Virus record (IMG/VR): IMGVR_UViG_3300042359_000853
Coordinates: 1 to 64,000 of that record
DNA length: 64,000 bases
Direction: 5' to 3' (one strand)
A program made the translations under genes and the position numbers. This document shows positions 50,343-61,502 of the stretch, piece by piece. Each line of letters starts with the position of its first letter. Position 1 is the first letter of the stretch. Under the pieces are notes generated by a model that ran no database searches, had not been told where the DNA came from, and was given only the letters and a program-made list of their open reading frames with translations.

Positions 50343-51302
50343 ATGGCAGAATTAGATGATTTATTCGGTGGGTTAGACAACACCCTAGATTTTCTCAACG
50401 AGAAAAAAACAGTTTCCTCAGATGGTATCTATAGGATCGATTTGAGTAAGGCAAAAGACAAAAAAAGAGGTTACAAATCTGTAATCCGACTTTTGCCAAA
50501 CCTTACAAAAGAAGGTAAAGTAGGAATGAGTGCTCTAGAAAAGATTACTCACTACGTAAACATTAAGAATCCAAAAGAATTGGCGGGTTGGTTTGACTCC
50601 CCGAAGAACTTTGGTGAAAAATGTCCACTAACAGATCTTTACTACAACATGGTGAACTCAAAAAACGCCATCTTAGTAGAAAAGGCTAAACAACTCAATT
50701 ACTCGAAAAAGTATTACTCATACGCTCTTATAATTGAGGATGAGCAGCAACCCGAATTGGTTGGTAAGATTATGATCTTCCAATACGGTAAAATTATCAG
50801 AGATAAAATCTTAGCTGAAAAGAACGGTGAAATCTCTGGAGTATCTTGTAACGTTTTCGATCTAGCTAACGGAAAGGATTTTGTTCTTCTCGTTAAAGAA
50901 ATCCAAACAGGAGATGAAACCTATCCTGATTACAAGAACTCGATGTTCAGACCTGAGACCTCGGCTATTACTCTTTACAACGAAGAGAAGCGTGAGTTCA
51001 AGCAGGTTCCTGTTCAAGACGGTAAAGTTGATCCACGAGCTCAAAAAGCAGTAAGAGATTTTCTTCTAAAGAGAGATCACGACCTAGAAGAGTTCGCGGC
51101 TAAACCACTAACCGAAGAGCAACAAGTTAAGATCTCTGAAATTAGCAACTTCCTTACAGGTAAGTCCTCTGCTAGTTTCGCTGGAGCTTCAGCACCAACT
51201 TCAAATGATTTTGATTTTGATGAAGTAGCAACAAAAGTTGAATCAGGATCTTCAATGGCAAGCTCATCAGCAGATGATGATGATTTCTTCAAAGATTTCT
51301 AA
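50343..51302 (+). CDS. T4 gp32-like single-stranded DNA-binding protein
   Basis: VIRLLP, HY..CP, YYSYALIIED..PELVGKIMIFQYG, FDLANGKDF, acidic C-terminus DDDDFFKDF. Confidence 0.8.
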   Translation: MAELDDLFGGLDNTLDFLNEKKTVSSDGIYRIDLSKAKDKKRGYKSVIRLLPNLTKEGKVGMSALEKITHYVNIKNPKELAGWFDSPKNFGEKCPLTDLYYNMVNSKNAILVEKAKQLNYSKKYYSYALIIEDEQQPELVGKIMIFQYGKIIRDKILAEKNGEISGVSCNVFDLANGKDFVLLVKEIQTGDETYPDYKNSMFRPETSAITLYNEEKREFKQVPVQDGKVDPRAQKAVRDFLLKRDHDLEEFAAKPLTEEQQVKISEISNFLTGKSSASFAGASAPTSNDFDFDEVATKVESGSSMASSSADDDDFFKDF

Positions 51303-51322
51303 TCAACAAACTCTGATACTCT

Positions 51323-51348
51323 AAACCCACCTAAAAGGTGGGTTTTTT
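51323..51348 (+). terminator. Intrinsic terminator after SSB gene
   Basis: aaacccacct-aaa-aggtgggtttttt. Confidence 0.85.
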
Positions 51349-51386
51349 GTTTTAAACAAAGTTCATATTCTAGATATAAAAGGATT

Positions 51387-52217
51387 ATGATAGGAAAACA
51401 ATTTCAAAGCTTAAAAACTCAAGAAGTCGTTAAAATAGATCAGATGTTTGAGAACATTGCTATTTTAGATAATGGGGATAGAGTGTCTGTTCAGAGACTT
51501 CTCGATAAAAATTATTTTGAAGAGTTTATCGATCCCAAATCGTTTCTTTCACAAAGTGCTGTGGATATTATAGCAAATAAAATAAAATCAATCCCAGATG
51601 AAGTTTTGAATAAACTACCCGACGAAAGAGGGTCCGAAGTCAGAATTTCAGGACTAGACGGGTTTGGAAATGTGCCTAATGAATCGGCTGTTGTTTTATC
51701 TGATCCAGAAGAAGAAAAAAGATTATTACTTCAGAAATACGCCAATACTTCTTCTAGGCCTTCACCACCTGCTCCGAACAGAACTCTCCAGGATTTTTTA
51801 GATGACGAACCTTTTGATACTCCTCGTCTTCAGACACCCCGTCAGATTTCAGTTCAAGAAAGTGTGCCGGAACCCCCAAAGGAATCACCTCAAATGTTGA
51901 TGTTCAAAGGTGTAAAAAGAACACATCCTATCATTTTCAATGTGAAGCTCGATACACATATACCACGTTTAGATTTCATCGATATGATGGAAGACTCTTA
52001 TGAATATTCAATAATAGATTGGCTTAGTGAAGAGATTACCGAACAAATATTTCAGGATAGAGAAAGAATAAAATCAGAGATCAAGGATCAAATAAATAAC
52101 GCACTTAGGTTCAAATCGAAGGGTGATTTACCACCGGTAAGCTCCACAACACCAGCTAAAAAAACACGGAGGGTTTCAACACCAAAAAACGTAAAACCGA
52201 TGAAAAATGATAGATAA
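51387..52217 (+). CDS. Hypothetical phage protein with Pro-rich linker and basic tail
   Basis: 276 aa ORF. Confidence 0.7.
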   Translation: MIGKQFQSLKTQEVVKIDQMFENIAILDNGDRVSVQRLLDKNYFEEFIDPKSFLSQSAVDIIANKIKSIPDEVLNKLPDERGSEVRISGLDGFGNVPNESAVVLSDPEEEKRLLLQKYANTSSRPSPPAPNRTLQDFLDDEPFDTPRLQTPRQISVQESVPEPPKESPQMLMFKGVKRTHPIIFNVKLDTHIPRLDFIDMMEDSYEYSIIDWLSEEITEQIFQDRERIKSEIKDQINNALRFKSKGDLPPVSSTTPAKKTRRVSTPKNVKPMKNDR

Positions 52218-52593
52218 ACATTTCATAGATTCTGCAGTTGAAATAAGAAAGGAATGGGTTCGATTGATACGAAGTCTCGATGGTTATCAACTACAAGTAG
52301 ATAAAGCACAGAGAGCCATCGGTGAAAAAAAACAAGAAGTAGAGGCTTTTAGTAAAAAAGATTTGAGCCTAAAAGATCCCCAAGTTAAAGAGTTTGTAGA
52401 AAAAGTTTTCAACGAAATAGAATACCAAGCAAATATCATAGAATCTAAAATAAAACCACTGAACGATGATATTGAAAACTTAAAAAAAGAAGAGTTGAGA
52501 TTATACCGTAACATCAAACAAATATATCCGGATATCCCTGATGAAAGTATTAAATCACAAATCTGGGAACATATCAAAGATATCAATCCTTAA
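52207..52593 (+). CDS. Coiled-coil hypothetical protein
   Basis: 128 aa, heptad-rich. Confidence 0.7.
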   Translation: MIDKHFIDSAVEIRKEWVRLIRSLDGYQLQVDKAQRAIGEKKQEVEAFSKKDLSLKDPQVKEFVEKVFNEIEYQANIIESKIKPLNDDIENLKKEELRLYRNIKQIYPDIPDESIKSQIWEHIKDINP

Positions 52594-52667
52594 TACTAGT
52601 CAGAAGAGTTTCTTTTAATATATAACTTTACTATCACCAAAGTGAATAAAGTTAAACTCTTCTCCTA

Positions 52668-55508
52668 ATGAAGACCTCAAAATATATTAAAGTAGATAAA
52701 GATGTAATTATAGAATATATTTACGATAACCAGGGATTTTTACTGGAAGGATATAATATTCTAACTAATCTGAAAGACGATTACAATCAATTCTACTCAC
52801 AAGACGGAACATCGACTAGAAACGGCGAAACAAACCAATTGTTTAGAACAGATCCAGTAAAAAATATCTGGACAAAAATAAACTACGACAAATACGGATT
52901 TTTAGGAAAAAGAGAATATGGAGCTTCAGTTCCAATAAGATTTGATTCGATAAAAGTTCATCTACCAGTAAATTACACTTTTGGTGGTAATTATGGCTTC
53001 CACATTAAGGTGTATTCCATGGCTAGTAGAGGCACTCGGCAGTATCTACTTTCGAATTTTTATTACGATATAACAGATCAATCTCAGACTGATTATTTAC
53101 AATTCAATTCTCCACCTTTGCTTATAGCAGAGAAACTCTGGCAAAAAAATGTGGAATTTTATATTCCTAGTCTATATTTTATTTCGGGTCAAAAAACCAC
53201 CGGTCTTCCAACCGAGTTCAGTCTCAATTATAATTTGACCGACGGAATAGGAATGAGTGAGACAAGTCCAATTTTTATTGAGTTCAGCTTTATAACTGGA
53301 AGACAAACCATTCTTAGTGAAGTTAGATATACCTTGGGTGGAACCAAACAGATATCAATTCCACAAACACCAGAGTTTGAAAATCTTTCTGTGATGATAG
53401 AACCCTCTAGGGAAGGTGATTTTTTTGAACTCTATGGAACCTACAATGGAACTCTTGCTGAGTTCAATACATTCATTGAGGATAGTCGTTATGCGAACAA
53501 AAAATATAATGTCGAATACACTATCACACTCTTCGAACAAAACGTCAGAACAAGATCTCAAAAAATATACTTAGATGAATTTTTCAATCAAAAAATTGAA
53601 TACCGTCCGATTATCAGATACTCAACAACAACAGCAGTAATTGAATGTGAAATGAAGCTAATAGATCTTGTTGACTCATCTATTATATCCAGAAGAGCTA
53701 GTTATGGTATGCTACCTGATCAAGTTACTAAATACAGTCTAAGATTGACTAAAATAAATTTAGATGGAGCAAATAAACCCAAAATATACAATATTAAAAA
53801 TCAACTTGGAGCAGGAATACTAGAACTAAATGATAAAAGAAACAGAGGAAGTCGCAAAGGTGAAATAGAAACCTTCGGTAACTCTCAAATAAAATTAGAA
53901 TTCTTGAAGGTTCCCTTTCCTCTTTTTATAGACAAATTTAATCTAGTAGCTAAGTCAGATTCTGTTGAAATAGGAAGAGAAATTTTCTATTCAGATGGCG
54001 CTCTAAGGCTCGTGATATATCCTTTTGATAATGTTATTATGTTTACAATAGCCGATAGAATATCTGATACACAAATAGAATATTTGAATCTTTCTAATAC
54101 ATCAGATGTAAGATTGGTGTTCAAATCAGATATTCAATCGGCTAGTTTTCCATTATGGGATGGGAATAATGGTCAAATCGATTTAGAAAGAGGCACGGTG
54201 TGTTTTATGATACCTTCATCTAGAATACCTGACATTCAAAGAATATTTGATACAGGTAAAAGAGTTTTTTATATCACCACAACCAATAATCAAATAACAA
54301 CACCAATATTTTCAGGAACATTTATTTTGTTTGATTCAGTAGATTATATAGAAGAGCTTATTTTAAGAAATAGAGCTGAAGAACCGGAGATTGATCTATC
54401 AGGTGAGGGTGAAGATATAGTTATCGCAGTTCCAGAAACCGGACTTACTTCTAGTTTTGTAAATACCGGAGCTCTAGATACCAACCAAGGAGAACTTGCA
54501 TCGGACTATCTATCACAATTCGGAAATCTTGATAAGATACTACAAGAAACAAACATACCACCAGATAGTATTCTAGGAAGTTTGATCAATCTAAATTACC
54601 GAAATAATTTAGCACAAGATACAACGAAAGTCGAGATATATTACAAAATAATATCCTCTCAACAAGAAGCTGAGGTTCTTTTGAATTTTTCAGTAGATGA
54701 ACTTTTATTCAATAGTAGTAAATACTCCAAGTTTGAGTTTTCAAGAAATAGATCTATAGGAAAAGCACTCATATTCCCAAGAGTTAATAACTTAACAAAT
54801 ACTCAATCTACTGATAACAATTTCAACCAAACGGTAGAATTTGCTATATTTATACCTTCAGGTGGTATTGGAAATACTTTAAATTTATTTCCAAAATCTA
54901 TTAAGCTCAATAACAATAATTTATTTGTAACCATCAATAATTGGTCTTTACTAAAACAATCAACTGACACAGAAGGAAAACTTTACAAGTTCTCACTAAT
55001 TTTGAAACCTACAGATAGACTTGATATCTACATCGACTTTGAACAAGGTGATTCATCCAATCTTAGTGGTTTTATAGGACTACCTACCGATAATATAATC
55101 TCAGTGGCTAAAGATGAAACTCTCACCTACCGTGACCGTGTTAAAAACTTGGCTAATGACTTGAAAAAAACAATTTTCACCCCAAATATTGTATCACAAC
55201 TAAGAAGCACTACAAATGTTCTTTCAGACGAAAATGAACAAACTCTTTTCAGTAAATTACTTCTGAGTATTATTAATGAAATGAAACAAAGAGGTTTATA
55301 TCTTTTAGATTACCCTTGTTCTGAGATCAAATTCCAAAAAATATTATTATTGCTGGAACTTGCCAAAAAAGAGTCGTTTGATATAGATCAAGAGATCAAA
55401 CTCTGCTCACAGAGTGATTCAGAATGTAAAAAGAAATTATCAAGAAGAAAACTTGCTTGGGCTGAAATAGTTGATCAAATTGAAAAATATCAACTACTCT
55501 GTTCGTAA
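52668..55508 (+). CDS. Large beta-rich probable virion structural protein
   Basis: 946 aa, beta-strand composition, ATATATA upstream, adjacent to tube-like gene; no catalytic motifs seen. Confidence 0.5.
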   Translation: MKTSKYIKVDKDVIIEYIYDNQGFLLEGYNILTNLKDDYNQFYSQDGTSTRNGETNQLFRTDPVKNIWTKINYDKYGFLGKREYGASVPIRFDSIKVHLPVNYTFGGNYGFHIKVYSMASRGTRQYLLSNFYYDITDQSQTDYLQFNSPPLLIAEKLWQKNVEFYIPSLYFISGQKTTGLPTEFSLNYNLTDGIGMSETSPIFIEFSFITGRQTILSEVRYTLGGTKQISIPQTPEFENLSVMIEPSREGDFFELYGTYNGTLAEFNTFIEDSRYANKKYNVEYTITLFEQNVRTRSQKIYLDEFFNQKIEYRPIIRYSTTTAVIECEMKLIDLVDSSIISRRASYGMLPDQVTKYSLRLTKINLDGANKPKIYNIKNQLGAGILELNDKRNRGSRKGEIETFGNSQIKLEFLKVPFPLFIDKFNLVAKSDSVEIGREIFYSDGALRLVIYPFDNVIMFTIADRISDTQIEYLNLSNTSDVRLVFKSDIQSASFPLWDGNNGQIDLERGTVCFMIPSSRIPDIQRIFDTGKRVFYITTTNNQITTPIFSGTFILFDSVDYIEELILRNRAEEPEIDLSGEGEDIVIAVPETGLTSSFVNTGALDTNQGELASDYLSQFGNLDKILQETNIPPDSILGSLINLNYRNNLAQDTTKVEIYYKIISSQQEAEVLLNFSVDELLFNSSKYSKFEFSRNRSIGKALIFPRVNNLTNTQSTDNNFNQTVEFAIFIPSGGIGNTLNLFPKSIKLNNNNLFVTINNWSLLKQSTDTEGKLYKFSLILKPTDRLDIYIDFEQGDSSNLSGFIGLPTDNIISVAKDETLTYRDRVKNLANDLKKTIFTPNIVSQLRSTTNVLSDENEQTLFSKLLLSIINEMKQRGLYLLDYPCSEIKFQKILLLLELAKKESFDIDQEIKLCSQSDSECKKKLSRRKLAWAEIVDQIEKYQLLCS

Positions 55509-55525
55509 AAAAAATTGTCTAAAAA

Positions 55526-56125
55526 ATGAGGTTATCTACACAAAACAGTGCTTTTATCTTTCAACTTCCTAGTGATTTTATACCACAAGAAATCATCAGA
55601 ACTTATCAACCAATTCTTGAAAAAAACTGGGTTCAATATGAGAATGTTCTTGATTACTTGAACTCTACTATTAAATCTGTGGATTTTCCGGGTATTTCAT
55701 TTAAGATAGAAGAGCAGATTATGATAAGAGGAAAGAAAAGAAATTTCAAACCATCAATTAACGTTCAAGATATACTTACACAACGAGAGCTTTCTATAGT
55801 ATTTCGTTCTGTAGACTCAGATCTCAATTATATGTTGCTCTATGATATTATATCTAAACATTACCTAGATGTAGAGAATCTACATGTTAATCCCTTCACT
55901 ATACAAACTCTCGATATACACAGAGATGTAATCTATACGGTAAAGTTTTATGAGATGATTGTTAAAACAATAACCAATAAAATTTTTGATTATTCCCAGC
56001 AAAAACTTTCAGATAAAGAATTTACCATGACAGTCAATTTCAACTTTATAGATGTTGAGTTCAACTTAAATCAATCGAAAGTGTTGGAGTTGGGTCAGGT
56101 ACCTACTATTGTTCAGGTTATTTGA
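55526..56125 (+). CDS. Tail tube / baseplate tube-initiator-like protein
   Basis: SVDFPGISF..ELSIVFRSVD..IQTLD..TVKFYE..EFTMTVNFNFID pattern of tube-fold proteins. Confidence 0.5.
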   Translation: MRLSTQNSAFIFQLPSDFIPQEIIRTYQPILEKNWVQYENVLDYLNSTIKSVDFPGISFKIEEQIMIRGKKRNFKPSINVQDILTQRELSIVFRSVDSDLNYMLLYDIISKHYLDVENLHVNPFTIQTLDIHRDVIYTVKFYEMIVKTITNKIFDYSQQKLSDKEFTMTVNFNFIDVEFNLNQSKVLELGQVPTIVQVI

Positions 56126-56158
56126 AGAACTTATTTTAGATATTTTCATATAAAAAAT

Positions 56159-56974
56159 ATGAAAAAAAAGGGTGTTTTTTGTATTTGGGGAGGAAGTTTC
56201 AGAAATTCATATAATAGCTATGAAAGTTTCACTAAAAATAATATTCTTGAAAAGCAATTTGTGGCATCACAATCTCAGATCAATTTTCTAAAATCACTTT
56301 TATCGGAAATTGATATATGTCTAATCATAATCACCTACAAAAATGAGTTTTCTGATTTTTTATTTAGCTGGTACAAAGATTTTAATCCACTAATAATCTT
56401 GATTGAAAAACCCATAGGATTTATTAAATTATCGAAAAAAGTTCCTCAATTAGTATCAAGATACGGTAGTGACTTTTATTTTTTTATAAGAATAGATTTG
56501 GTTTTGAAATCCAAATTGTTAGACATAATTCATTTTCCGGAGAAAAAAATCGTTTGTCCATTTATATGTTATATAGGGGGACATGAGCACATAGTTTCAC
56601 CATTTCCTTCACATCTACCCCAGTATAAAAAAAATATTATTCCTAGTGAAAAAACACGTTCAAGACCGAGTGACTTGATCATGTATGTTTGTTCTAAATT
56701 CAAAAGTGAACTAGCAAGCTCAAAAATATGGCTCAATCATGATTTTACTCTGCACATAAACTATGATATCTATAAACAAATTGATTATTACATCGACACC
56801 TTTCACGACAGCAATACATCAGGAGATAGAAATCCACTTTTCTACATTTGTAACAGAGATGAAGAATTGATGTGGAAATCAGAATTTTTTTGCCATACAG
56901 GTGATGGCCAACCAGAAATGAATTATGAAAAAAATTTCAACAAAATCTTCGTAAAAGATTACCCACTAATCTAG
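56159..56974 (+). CDS. Glycosyltransferase-like hypothetical protein
   Basis: FFIRIDL..RPSDLIMYV..DTFHDSN; borders glycosylation island. Confidence 0.45.
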   Translation: MKKKGVFCIWGGSFRNSYNSYESFTKNNILEKQFVASQSQINFLKSLLSEIDICLIIITYKNEFSDFLFSWYKDFNPLIILIEKPIGFIKLSKKVPQLVSRYGSDFYFFIRIDLVLKSKLLDIIHFPEKKIVCPFICYIGGHEHIVSPFPSHLPQYKKNIIPSEKTRSRPSDLIMYVCSKFKSELASSKIWLNHDFTLHINYDIYKQIDYYIDTFHDSNTSGDRNPLFYICNRDEELMWKSEFFCHTGDGQPEMNYEKNFNKIFVKDYPLI

Positions 56975-58545
56975 ATTATATTACAAAAATACTCACTCCA
57001 ATATTGATAAGTAAGTAGATCATCTGGTGTTCCCCAGCAAATATAATTTTTGGATTCAAAAACTTTTACACAAAGACCATTTTCAATATTTCTGTTAAGA
57101 ACATCATCGACATAATATTCTCCATTAGTTGTTATTCGAGAATCCATATTCTGATATAATCCCTCCAGAAAATATTTAGCTTTTCTAAAATACATAGTTC
57201 CGATGATTGCGTGTGTTGTTAGTGGATTTTCATAAATGAATTTTTTACAGGATACATATTGAATATTTCCATCATCATCCACATCTAACCAAGCATACAT
57301 ATCTGGATTATTTACACTTGTTGCGTTACCTCTAAAAGACCAAACGATAATATCGACATTCGGGTCCTCAACAAGTCTTTGATATTCTTGACTGTCATAC
57401 ACAACACCATTATCACAAGCAGAGATGAGAATTGGTTTTTCAGGATCGATATCGAATTCATCTAAACCAATTTTACAAGTTATTGCTTGACCCTGTGTGA
57501 TATAATCAATTACCGAAAATTGAGACTCTGGGTAATTCTGTGATATTATTTGATCTATTTCAAAATATTCTAGATGTTCTTTCTGACAGATAAATATTTT
57601 GTTGGATGTTCTAGGTAAGCACTCAACTGCGGATACAATCATTGGTTTTCCATCAACCGGTATCAAAGGCTTTGGTATATCATATCCGATTTTTGAAAAT
57701 CTAGAACCCCTCCCGGCCATAGGTAGAATAAGTGTAGTATCATCCGTATGTGTATAGTGTTGTGTGTATTTTTTGAGATTTTTGAAATAATTAGACCAAC
57801 CAAGATATATTTCCAAATCGTAGGGTGTTCCCCATTGAAGCATTTTTTCAATCGGATATACACCAACTCTGAGATTGTCTTCTATTAGTAAATTATAAAC
57901 TAAACTAACATAATATTCACCACCTAGATGAATATCTCTCTCAATAAGTTTTTCGAAATACTTCTTTAGGGTCTTTCCCGATCTAAAATAGTATGTGCCA
58001 TTAGAAGCCCATTCATTCATTTTGTTATCTGTGAAAGGTTCTTTTTCTTTTATCTTTTCAACAAGACCGGTTTCCAAATTTTCTTTACAAAAAGCGTAGT
58101 TATCACTACCAAGCATATGTGGGTGAAATCCAGTATAACAAGCTATAGAACCATCAAGGTTTCTTCTTTTACAATCTTCTAAGAAAGCGTAAAAATCCCA
58201 TCGAGTTCCATAATCACAATAGCTTACAATAATCTCTTTGTTATCATCGATATGATCTTTAATTTGGAAAACAGCATCGACTGGTCCCTTTCTATACAAA
58301 TCTTCAACCGAAAATATTTGTGCGGAGGGTCTAATTTTCAATAAAATTTCTCTCATGTTAGTTTGTTCCAAATGTTCTTTTCTACAAATGAAAGTGATAT
58401 CTTCAACTCCCGGAAACAAATCAACTACAAATTTAATAATTGGGTATCCATCAACTTCAATCAAAGGTTTTGGAGATGTATAACCTGCTGAAGAGAATCT
58501 CTTACCAAGTCCAGACATTGGTATTATTAATTTAATATTTTCCAT
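56971..58545 (-). CDS. Tandem double sugar-phosphate nucleotidyltransferase
   Basis: Two domains: IIPMSGLGKRF..PKPLI..WGTPYDL and ILPMAGRGSRF..PKPLI..WGTPDDL. Confidence 0.85.
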   Translation of the reverse strand: MENIKLIIPMSGLGKRFSSAGYTSPKPLIEVDGYPIIKFVVDLFPGVEDITFICRKEHLEQTNMREILLKIRPSAQIFSVEDLYRKGPVDAVFQIKDHIDDNKEIIVSYCDYGTRWDFYAFLEDCKRRNLDGSIACYTGFHPHMLGSDNYAFCKENLETGLVEKIKEKEPFTDNKMNEWASNGTYYFRSGKTLKKYFEKLIERDIHLGGEYYVSLVYNLLIEDNLRVGVYPIEKMLQWGTPYDLEIYLGWSNYFKNLKKYTQHYTHTDDTTLILPMAGRGSRFSKIGYDIPKPLIPVDGKPMIVSAVECLPRTSNKIFICQKEHLEYFEIDQIISQNYPESQFSVIDYITQGQAITCKIGLDEFDIDPEKPILISACDNGVVYDSQEYQRLVEDPNVDIIVWSFRGNATSVNNPDMYAWLDVDDDGNIQYVSCKKFIYENPLTTHAIIGTMYFRKAKYFLEGLYQNMDSRITTNGEYYVDDVLNRNIENGLCVKVFESKNYICWGTPDDLLTYQYWSEYFCNII

Positions 58546-58548
58546 AAA

Positions 58549-59466
58549 TTAGATTTGTGTGAATAATTTGAAATTTTTGAATTTTGGATATTGCATTTCC
58601 ACTAAAGGACAATCTTCATAAAGGTATATGAGATTTCCGCTTCCTATTAAAGAGCAAAATATAGAAAAATTAGAGTGCATCTGAGAAAGAATTATAGTTC
58701 TAGCGCTAGAGAGAAGAAACATATCAACATAAGTGTTGATAAAACCATAATTTTCGTCACTTTTTTTAATTAAATAGTTCTTGTATTTATTTTGAAAAAA
58801 GAGTTTCTCGTCACTATCGTCAGAAGAGAAATAAATCTTAGTTTCAGGCCCATTCTTTTTAATATACGCGTCTATAGCTTCTATTGTTGTTAAGTTGAGC
58901 GATTCTAGATTGTCTGTTGCAAAAATATCCGGGTTCACTACAACCTTATCAGTTCTTCGTAAATGTATTACAAGATCCGGTTTTTCAATCGTATTTGTAA
59001 TTTTTGAAAGATTTTCTGTAGGTCTGAATTCTTTGAGAACTTGATTATATTTTTCTATAAATATTTCTAGGTTACAGATATTTTGTGCATATTTTTTCCA
59101 AAAAGTTACTGCCGAATATATACCACCGAGATAGTCACTAAAAATATAGTCAAAATTCAAACTATGAACTCCACTTTGTTGAGTAAAAATTTCTATATCA
59201 GTAGGTAAGTAAAAATATTCTATGAAGTTTTCGTAAAGATAATCGTGATATCTATTGTCGTGATACTTTTTTATAATGATTTCATTTCCCGGTTGATTTG
59301 AGTGTAATCTGGTGACATATGTACCATTTCCATAATAATCAAAAATTTCCCATTTCAGGAATAGTTTTGCACCTAAGAGTCTCGAAAAAGTTGCCATCAA
59401 CGAAATATCCGTTAGTCTATCACACAAACCGGATCCAGGTGAATTAGACCAAAATATATTATTCAT
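58549..59466 (-). CDS. Fucosyltransferase-like (GT11/GT23/NodZ-type) protein
   Basis: GLCDRL, IHLRRTDK, IYFSSD, DMFLLSSA..SNFS. Confidence 0.6.
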   Translation of the reverse strand: MNNIFWSNSPGSGLCDRLTDISLMATFSRLLGAKLFLKWEIFDYYGNGTYVTRLHSNQPGNEIIIKKYHDNRYHDYLYENFIEYFYLPTDIEIFTQQSGVHSLNFDYIFSDYLGGIYSAVTFWKKYAQNICNLEIFIEKYNQVLKEFRPTENLSKITNTIEKPDLVIHLRRTDKVVVNPDIFATDNLESLNLTTIEAIDAYIKKNGPETKIYFSSDDSDEKLFFQNKYKNYLIKKSDENYGFINTYVDMFLLSSARTIILSQMHSNFSIFCSLIGSGNLIYLYEDCPLVEMQYPKFKNFKLFTQI

Positions 59467-60289
59467 AAATATTATACCAATTTTCAGGAGTGGGGTTTTT
59501 ATAGATATTATAATCCCTAGAATTTCTAGTATATAAATGTAAATATTTCGGTATATTCTTTATTTTCTCAGAATAAAACGATAAAAAATATATTAAAACA
59601 GAATAACTCGAGTCTATGAAATGAAGTTCACTAGCATTTTCTATAATTCCGATTTGGTCTAGAAATATTTTTGATTTGCTATCCAGATTATAAATATTCT
59701 CTGTTTTTATATATATCCGATCGATGATGATGTGTCTTTTGTGATCCTCATGAATTACAGAATACTCACTTCCATTAAGTTCGGTGTAGTTTTGAAATAT
59801 TTGTTCTTCCCTTAACTTATTTCTATTTATGGCAAATTTGTTAATTCTATTTTCTATATCAATTTTATTATAGGTGTAAAAAGAGTGTGAAAATGAGATG
59901 TTTTCTTCGTTTTTTCTAAAGTTTTCCCAGGAATTGTATTCATGAAAAGCTCCTACTTTTATAATCTCGTCATGTTGATATTTTGACCAGTTGACATAAC
60001 TACAATACTCATAACCTCTAGGACATTTTCCCATTTGATTTGATGTATGACACTTTAAACATGTTTCATCCAAATTTTTTTCAATAGAAATCTCAGGAAG
60101 TTCGCAGGAAACTTGAGGAAGATGGGAATACATATAATCTAAAATTTCTTTCTTATCGTGTGTGTCAACTAAAATTTTTATATTTTCTCTTGTTTCAGAG
60201 TAATAGTTCACTAAACCATTACAGGAAAACAGATCAGCATATCCTAGATGATGAAGTAAAATTGTATTATTCATCCTATTTATCTTCAT
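59459..60289 (-). CDS. Glycosyltransferase-like hypothetical protein
   Basis: HHLGYAD..IHED..ASELHFIDSS; within glycosylation island. Confidence 0.5.
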   Translation of the reverse strand: MKINRMNNTILLHHLGYADLFSCNGLVNYYSETRENIKILVDTHDKKEILDYMYSHLPQVSCELPEISIEKNLDETCLKCHTSNQMGKCPRGYEYCSYVNWSKYQHDEIIKVGAFHEYNSWENFRKNEENISFSHSFYTYNKIDIENRINKFAINRNKLREEQIFQNYTELNGSEYSVIHEDHKRHIIIDRIYIKTENIYNLDSKSKIFLDQIGIIENASELHFIDSSYSVLIYFLSFYSEKIKNIPKYLHLYTRNSRDYNIYKNPTPENWYNIYE

Positions 60290-60783
60290 TCTATTTTTGA
60301 ATTGTTTAATTTTGAAATATCAGCCACATAATCACTACAAATTCCAAAAACATTCGGATTGTAATATTTTCCTATCAATTCTAAATCAAGCAGTGGAATT
60401 ATACAACTCCTATCTAAATAATCATCGAATTTATCTAATGGGTTGTAGTGAACCCAGATATGACCAGAACTAACAAGTGTAAAATCATCTTCATTATGAC
60501 AGAAATATTTAAGCCCTGGTACATCTCTCGATAATATAAAAAGTTTTTGAGCTGATTCTAAATCTTTACAATGAATCCATAGAAAATCTTTTTTCTCAAA
60601 AATCCAACTCAAATCAACAAGGTAGTCAGGTCCATCATGACCAAGATAAAGTTTGCCATCGTGTGTCCTAAAATCTATCTCAACATCATATCCTTTAGAG
60701 ATCGCATTATCTATAAAAGACGGTTGATTTTCTCTTTCTGGTTCTCTGCCGGAAATATTCCCGCGATGTGATATGAGTTTCAT
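60286..60783 (-). CDS. GDPD/PLC-like phosphodiesterase-fold protein
   Basis: ISHRGN, GYDVEIDF, LYLGHD, WIHCK. Confidence 0.65.
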   Translation of the reverse strand: MKLISHRGNISGREPERENQPSFIDNAISKGYDVEIDFRTHDGKLYLGHDGPDYLVDLSWIFEKKDFLWIHCKDLESAQKLFILSRDVPGLKYFCHNEDDFTLVSSGHIWVHYNPLDKFDDYLDRSCIIPLLDLELIGKYYNPNVFGICSDYVADISKLNNSKIE

Positions 60784-60856
60784 ATATATTTGTATATTGT
60801 TTTAATCTTTTTGAATGGAGAAATTCTGCAAACTTGACGAATCTATTTTTTTTAAT

Positions 60857-60955
60857 TTAGTCTGATCGAATTTTCCCCTGTTGATGCTTTGCAAAATATC
60901 CGTGATAAAAATCTTCGTGAAGATTTATATCGTCCTCGTCTCTATGATCATACAT
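60857..60955 (-). CDS. Possible 32-aa micro-ORF
   Basis: MYDHRDEDDINLHEDFYHGYFAKHQQGKIRSD; overlaps the stop of the upstream gene. Confidence 0.3.
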   Translation of the reverse strand: MYDHRDEDDINLHEDFYHGYFAKHQQGKIRSD

Positions 60956-61502
60956 ACCATACTTTATTTTTTTTTATGCAATAAGTTGGGCATCCATCTT
61001 CAGAAATATAGTTGATAGTCAGTTTTTTTTCTAAACAAAATTCATCAACAGCTCTTACCACACCTTCGAATCTTGGAGCAACATAGTCATGACCACATAT
61101 ATGTCCTCCTATTTTTACTTTATTAAAAGACAATTCTAAATCCTCTCTAACACTTTTATAATCGTGATCCGCATCTATGTATATCAAATCCAACTTGTTA
61201 TCTTCAATCGAATTCAAAAAGTCTCGGCTTGTATTCTTTATGATGTATGTGTTTTTGTGATTTTCAAAATAAGACTTCAGAGATATCATTTCTTGTTCTA
61301 ACCAAGTGTATGTCATATTGTTTCCATCTTTATCTCCGGATCCGACATAACCCTCGAATAAATCGACCAAAAAAAGTTCTTTTGGTTCCAGATATTCGGA
61401 GATAAATTTCGAAAAATCTCCTTTGAATACTCCTATTTCGGCTACCGATAGACCTTTACCTAATGAGATGAGAAGATCTTCTCTTGTTTTGAATGTCTTC
61501 AT
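60948..61502 (-). CDS. Class I SAM methyltransferase
   Basis: AEIGVFKG, LVDLF, LIYIDADHDY..GGHICGHDY. Confidence 0.85.
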   Translation of the reverse strand: MKTFKTREDLLISLGKGLSVAEIGVFKGDFSKFISEYLEPKELFLVDLFEGYVGSGDKDGNNMTYTWLEQEMISLKSYFENHKNTYIIKNTSRDFLNSIEDNKLDLIYIDADHDYKSVREDLELSFNKVKIGGHICGHDYVAPRFEGVVRAVDEFCLEKKLTINYISEDGCPTYCIKKNKVWYV